IMG/VR virus record: IMGVR_UViG_2657245439_000005
Reading direction: 5' to 3' (one strand)
Length of the DNA stretch: 9,592 nucleotides
Source of the DNA: a virus
Taxonomy: Duplodnaviria > Heunggongvirae > Uroviricota > Caudoviricetes
The notes beneath the pieces are model-generated. The model made no database searches, had not been told where the DNA came from, and worked only from the letters and a program-made list of their open reading frames with translations. Positions 6,543-9,592 of the stretch are shown here, piece after piece (the first letter of the stretch is position 1; each line of letters starts with the position of its first letter). The position numbers were made by a program, and so were the translations under genes.

Positions 6543-7369
6543 GTATGGAGCTGATGGTTAAAGCGATGAAAATTCGAGTGGGTAATCCATTGCGAAAACT
6601 GGTTCTGATCAAGCTGGCTGATAATGCCAGCGATCAGGGTGAGTGCTGGCCCAGCTACCAGCATATTGCTGACCAGTGCGAGATTAGCAAACGTTCTGTG
6701 ATGAATCATATTGCGGCCCTTTGTGATTCCGGGCTGGTAAAAAAAGTCACCCGGAAAGGTGAAAAAGGTAACTCAAGTAATATCTATCTCCTTCATCTTG
6801 ATGGTGCAGGAGATTCACTAGGGGGTAGTGCAAATAATTCACTATCTGGTGCAGCAAATTCACCAGGTAGTGCAGGAGTTGCACCAGGGGGTGGTGCAGG
6901 AGATTCACCCAGAACCAGTCACTCTTTTGAACCAGTCAAAGAACCAGTCAAAGAACCAGTCAATGAACCAATAGCTGTTGGTGCATCTGCTGATGAGTCT
7001 GTGCGAGTTCGTTCAAACCGACCGGAATACTCTCCGGAGTTTGAGCAGGCATGGCTGGCATACCCCAAACGTGCTGGTGGCAATTCAAAATCTGCAGCCT
7101 TCAAAGCCTGGAAAGCCCGTTTGAATGAGGGGGTAAAACCCGAAACCATGCTGGAAGGTGTGAAACGCTACGCGGGCTGGGTATCTGCGATGGGTAACAG
7201 CGGCACACAATTTGTGAAACAGGCTGTCACGTTCTTTGGTCCGGATCGTCATTTCGAAGAATCCTGGGAAGTTCCTGCGGTATCTGCAGCCAGACGCGAG
7301 GACCCGTACTTCAAAGCCAGTTACGACAACGTGGACTACAGCCAGATCCCGGCAGGATTCAGGGGGTAA
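6539..7369 (+). CDS. O-like replication initiator: N-terminal winged-helix DNA-binding domain, repeat-encoded linker, conserved C-terminal domain (276 aa)
   Basis: ATG at 6539 with GGAGG 7 nt upstream (the ORF from 6500 is an unsupported extension). N-terminus (LRKLVLIKLADNASDQGECWPSYQHIADQCEISKRSVMNHIAAL) is HTH-like. The linker is encoded by DNA iterons. C-terminal WLAYPKRAGGNSKSAAFKAWKA block is typical of phage replication organisers as I recall. Confidence 0.8.
   Translation: MSMELMVKAMKIRVGNPLRKLVLIKLADNASDQGECWPSYQHIADQCEISKRSVMNHIAALCDSGLVKKVTRKGEKGNSSNIYLLHLDGAGDSLGGSANNSLSGAANSPGSAGVAPGGGAGDSPRTSHSFEPVKEPVKEPVNEPIAVGASADESVRVRSNRPEYSPEFEQAWLAYPKRAGGNSKSAAFKAWKARLNEGVKPETMLEGVKRYAGWVSAMGNSGTQFVKQAVTFFGPDRHFEESWEVPAVSAARREDPYFKASYDNVDYSQIPAGFRG
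6802..6910. repeat. Five iteron-like direct repeats (consensus about GGT(AG)GTGCA..A.TTCAC, 21-25 bp period) inside the O-like gene; putative replication origin
   Basis: TGGTGCAGGAGATTCAC occurs exactly at 6802-6818 and 6892-6908, with three degenerate copies between. Same arrangement as lambda ori iterons inside O. Confidence 0.6.
6911..6970. repeat. Tandem 12-bp repeats GAACCAGTCA(A/C)(A/T), about 4.5 copies, adjacent to the iterons
   Basis: Read directly. Encodes EPVKEPVKEPVNEP in the O-like linker. Confidence 0.6.
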
Positions 7370-7371
7370 TC

Positions 7372-7860
7372 ATGAGTCTTTTGAATGAAGTTCAGAAATT
7401 CATTGAAGCCCATCCGGGGTGTACTTCCGCAGACATTGCGGATGCTTTTGCAGATTACTCACGGCAGCGCGTTCTGCAGTCAGCAAGCAAGTTACGTCAG
7501 AGTGGGCGTGTGGCTCACCGTTGTGAAGGAGATACACGCAGACATTTCCCGCGCCTGACTGAGAGAGCGCAAGAGCCGGAACCACAACCAGTTCGTGAAA
7601 CCAGACCTGTGCGCAATTTCTATGTCGGCACTAACGATCCCCGGGTGATTTTATGCCTGACCCGCCAGGCTGAAGAACTGGAGTCGAGGGGGTTATACCG
7701 TCGTGCTGCAACGGTGTGGATGGCGGCATTCCGTGAAAGTCACTCCCAGCCAGAACGAAACAACTTTCTGGCGCGTCGTGAGCTGTGCTTACGGAAAAGC
7801 AGCAAGCGCGCTGTATCTGGTGATGAATGGTATCTGTCAGGGAATTACGTGGGGGCTTAA
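7372..7860 (+). CDS. PerC-like (ANR-type) transcriptional regulator with an N-terminal winged-helix-like domain (162 aa)
   Basis: C-terminal AEELESRGLYRRAATVWMAAFRES matches the PerC-type motif as I recall it. ATG 3 nt after the O-like stop, with a G-rich SD. Confidence 0.65.
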   Translation: MSLLNEVQKFIEAHPGCTSADIADAFADYSRQRVLQSASKLRQSGRVAHRCEGDTRRHFPRLTERAQEPEPQPVRETRPVRNFYVGTNDPRVILCLTRQAEELESRGLYRRAATVWMAAFRESHSQPERNNFLARRELCLRKSSKRAVSGDEWYLSGNYVGA

Positions 7861-8186
7861 TGACGACGTTAACTCAATGCCAGCAGCAGGTGCTGGATAT
7901 GCTGATTTCTTACCAGCAAGAACGTGGCTTTCCGCCAACCAATCAGGAGGTGGCAACCATGCTGGGATACCGTTCGGTGAATGCAGCGGTGGAGCATCTT
8001 CGCGCACTGGAGAAAAAAGGCGTCATCACGATAAAGCGTGGCGTGGCCCGGGGGATAACGCTTCATACCGCGGTGAAGGACGACGACAGCGAGGCGGTCG
8101 GGATTATCCGCTCACTGCTTGCCGGTGAGGAAAACGCCAGGCTGTGTGCAGCCCACTGGTTACATGAGAGGGGCATGAAAGTATGA
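7860..8186 (+). CDS. LexA N-terminal DNA-binding-domain homolog lacking the S24 peptidase domain (108 aa)
   Basis: Residues about 3-70 align with the E. coli LexA N-terminal domain (LT.RQQ.V.D.I......G.PPT..E.A..LG.RS.NAA.EHL.AL..KGVI.I..G..RGI.L). Start overlaps the upstream stop (TAATG); stop overlaps the rusA start (ATGA). The ORF from 7827 is an in-frame upstream extension. Confidence 0.75.
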   Translation: MTTLTQCQQQVLDMLISYQQERGFPPTNQEVATMLGYRSVNAAVEHLRALEKKGVITIKRGVARGITLHTAVKDDDSEAVGIIRSLLAGEENARLCAAHWLHERGMKV

Positions 8187-8572
8187 AGCTGATTCTGCCT
8201 TTTCCGCCCAGCGTGAACACGTACTGGCGACATCCCAACAAAGGGGCGTTTGCAGGTAAGAGCCTGATAAGCGCGGCGGGGCGAAAATTCCAGAGCGCGG
8301 CGTGCGCAGCAATAGTTGAGCAGTTACGTCGTTTGCCGAAACCAACGTCGGCACCTGCTTCAGTGGAGATCGTGTTGTTTCCGCCGGATAACCGGATCCG
8401 CGATCTGGACAACTATAACAAGGCGCTGTTTGACGCCCTGACCCACGCGGGTGTGTGGGAAGACGACAGTCAGGTGAAAAGAATGCTGGTGGAGTGGGGA
8501 CCGGTTATCCCGGAAGGGAAGGTCGAGATCACTATCAGTAAGTACGAGAAAACGGCGGGTGCAGCCGCCTGA
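8183..8572 (+). CDS. rusA: RusA-family Holliday junction resolvase (129 aa)
   Basis: PFPPSVNTYWRH N-terminus and the acidic catalytic block RDLDNYNKALFDAL ... WEDDSQV match RusA. Typical nin-region gene. Confidence 0.85.
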   Translation: MKLILPFPPSVNTYWRHPNKGAFAGKSLISAAGRKFQSAACAAIVEQLRRLPKPTSAPASVEIVLFPPDNRIRDLDNYNKALFDALTHAGVWEDDSQVKRMLVEWGPVIPEGKVEITISKYEKTAGAAA

Positions 8573-8591
8573 TCAAGAGGAGAAACGAAGT

Positions 8592-9401
8592 ATGAATAAT
8601 CTGATGGTCATTGATGGTATTGAAGTTCGTCGTGATGCTTATGGGCGTTACAGCCTGAACGATCTGCATCGCGCAGCAGTAGCATCTGGTGCAAATGCCA
8701 GAACCAAGGAGCCAGGAAAGTTTCTTTCCAGCCAACAAACTGTTGAGCTTGTTCATGAATTGACCAACACCCAGAATTTGGGTGTTGACCCGGTGAGTGT
8801 GATTCATGGGGGAAATGAACGGGGAACGTATGTCTGCAAGGAACTGGTGTATGCCTATGCAATGTGGATCAGCCCGTCATTCCATCTGAAGGTGATCCGT
8901 ACTTTCGATATGGTAACCAGCGCACCGGAAAAATTATCCGGGCAGGCTGCTGACAAGATGCAGGCTGGAGTGATTCTGCTGGACTTTATGCGCCGGGAGT
9001 TAAACCTGTCTAACTCTTCAGTGCTTGGTGCCTGTCAGAAACTCCAGGAGGCTGTTGGCTTACCGAATCTGGCACCGCGCTATGCCATTGATGCTCCTGC
9101 TGACGCGCCTGATGGCTCAAGTCGCCCTACGCTGTCGCTGAGTGCACTGCTGAAACAGTATGGTATCCGCCTTACGGCTAATCAGGCATATCACCAGATG
9201 GCGAAGCTGGGGATCGTTGAACAACGCGAACGATACAGCCGTACCTCGATTAACAACATCAAAAAATTCTGGTCGCTGACAGCGAAAGGCTGCATGTTCG
9301 GCAAGAACATCACCAGTCCCGCAAATCCGCGCGAGACGCAGCCGCATTTCTTCGAATCCCGATTCCCTGAGCTGTTAAAGCTGCTCGATACCGTTCATTG
9401 A
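8592..9401 (+). CDS. KilA-N domain protein / antirepressor-like (269 aa)
   Basis: ATG at 8592 with AGGAG upstream (the ORF from 8559 overlaps rusA). N-terminal block (IDGIEVRRDAYGRYSLNDLHRAAVASG ... KFLSSQQTVELVHEL) is KilA-N-like. Confidence 0.75.
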   Translation: MNNLMVIDGIEVRRDAYGRYSLNDLHRAAVASGANARTKEPGKFLSSQQTVELVHELTNTQNLGVDPVSVIHGGNERGTYVCKELVYAYAMWISPSFHLKVIRTFDMVTSAPEKLSGQAADKMQAGVILLDFMRRELNLSNSSVLGACQKLQEAVGLPNLAPRYAIDAPADAPDGSSRPTLSLSALLKQYGIRLTANQAYHQMAKLGIVEQRERYSRTSINNIKKFWSLTAKGCMFGKNITSPANPRETQPHFFESRFPELLKLLDTVH

Positions 9402-9496
9402 GGTGACCGTGAGAGCACTACTGACCCCTGAAATTGCCCCGCGTATGGGGATCGTATTGTTCAGACCAGGTTCAGAGCTGATGCCCCTGTTTATGC

Positions 9497-9515
9497 CTGT
9501 CTCTTATACACAAGT
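9497..9515 (+). mobile_element. 19-mer CTGTCTCTTATACACAAGT matching the Tn5/IS50 outside-end inverted repeat at 18/19 positions; possible IS terminal repeat
   Basis: Compared with the Tn5 OE (CTGACTCTTATACACAAGT) from memory; only position 4 differs. The sequence to its right does not match the IS50 interior as I recall it. Confidence 0.3.
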
Positions 9516-9540
9516 CCCCGAATCCGGGGATTTGTTATTT
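9515..9540 (+). terminator. Rho-independent terminator after the KilA-N gene
   Basis: Stem TCCCCG/CGGGGA with loop AATC, followed by TTTGTTATTT. Lies about 115 bp past the KilA-N stop. Confidence 0.6.
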
Positions 9541-9592
9541 CAGCCAAACTGCTTTCAGTTGTTGCGTGTGGCTACGCTTTCCATTCGGTAAT

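Noticed and set aside
6500-7369. 289-aa version of the O-like gene
   Set aside because: The ATG at 6539 has a GGAGG at ideal spacing and forms an ATGA junction with the upstream 78-aa ORF.
7827-8186. 119-aa version of the LexA-like gene, and the overlapping +2-frame ORF 7703..8128
   Set aside because: The 7860 start is coupled to the upstream stop. The 7703..8128 translation is Arg/Gly/Trp-rich off-frame noise overlapping two well-supported genes.
199-9347. Remaining antisense or embedded ORFs of 60-140 aa listed in the six-frame track (for example 199..441, 401..706, 1097..1369, 1420..1605, 2111..2392, 2986..3354, 4327..4509, 4428..4622, 5296..5499, 6470..6709, 6919..7149, 7400..7585, 7869..8066, 8104..8412, 8160..8354, 8535..8807, 8608..8862, 9117..9347)
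   Set aside because: Each lies wholly inside or antisense to a better-supported CDS, lacks an RBS, and has low-complexity or biased composition.
8559-9401. 280-aa version of the KilA-N gene
   Set aside because: The extra 11 codons overlap the rusA 3' end and lack an RBS. The ATG at 8592 has an AGGAG.
9481-9515. Possible LexA SOS box (CTGT-N8-ACAG) overlapping the 19-mer
   Set aside because: The spacing gives CTGT-N8-CACA or -GTCT, not ACAG. No convincing SOS box was found here or near the promoters.
9403-9591. 62-aa GTG-initiated ORF after the KilA-N gene
   Set aside because: It has no RBS, spans the Tn5-like 19-mer and the terminator hairpin, and has no protein-like features.
9497-9592. 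Interpretation as an actual IS50/Tn5 copy
   Set aside because: The bases after the 19-mer do not match the IS50 interior as I recall it, and there is no transposase ORF in the remaining 77 bp. Only the end-like 19-mer is reported.
1-9592. CRISPR arrays, tRNA or rRNA genes
   Set aside because: No repeat-spacer periodicity and no tRNA-like or rRNA-like sequence was seen. The only repeats are the operator dyads and the iterons and 12-mers inside the O-like gene.

Overview
The window reads as the immunity and early region of a lambdoid enterobacterial prophage, a mosaic resembling E. coli CPS-53/KpLE1 (left arm) and e14 (immunity region); this is recalled from gene order and sizes, not searched. 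A leftward operon (3251 to 168, minus strand) carries six tightly coupled genes: a 120-aa protein, a 274-aa YfdQ-like protein, a 178-aa HD-domain YfdR-like hydrolase, two DUF551 proteins and an AlpA/excisionase-like gene. The centre holds a 224-aa CI-type S24 repressor, divergent from a 66-aa Cro-like gene across a roughly 90-bp control region with 7-5-7 GGTACA-type operators; a matching operator overlaps a strong leftward promoter near 3853-3880. The rightward operon (4685 to 9401, plus strand) encodes Cro, a CII/YdaT-like regulator, an unassigned 278-aa ORF, a 78-aa ORF, an O-like replication initiator with iteron repeats inside its linker, a PerC-like regulator, a LexA DNA-binding-domain-only homolog, RusA and a KilA-N protein. 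No rRNA, tRNA, CRISPR array or integrase gene is visible. The items most worth follow-up are the LexA-like truncated protein, the unassigned 278-aa/78-aa cargo with a protein-like alternate frame beside a G6 run, the nut-like site and terminator-like hairpin in the left leader, and a 19-mer matching the Tn5/IS50 outside end at 18 of 19 positions near the right edge. All family assignments come from reading the translations and remembered motifs; no searches were run.
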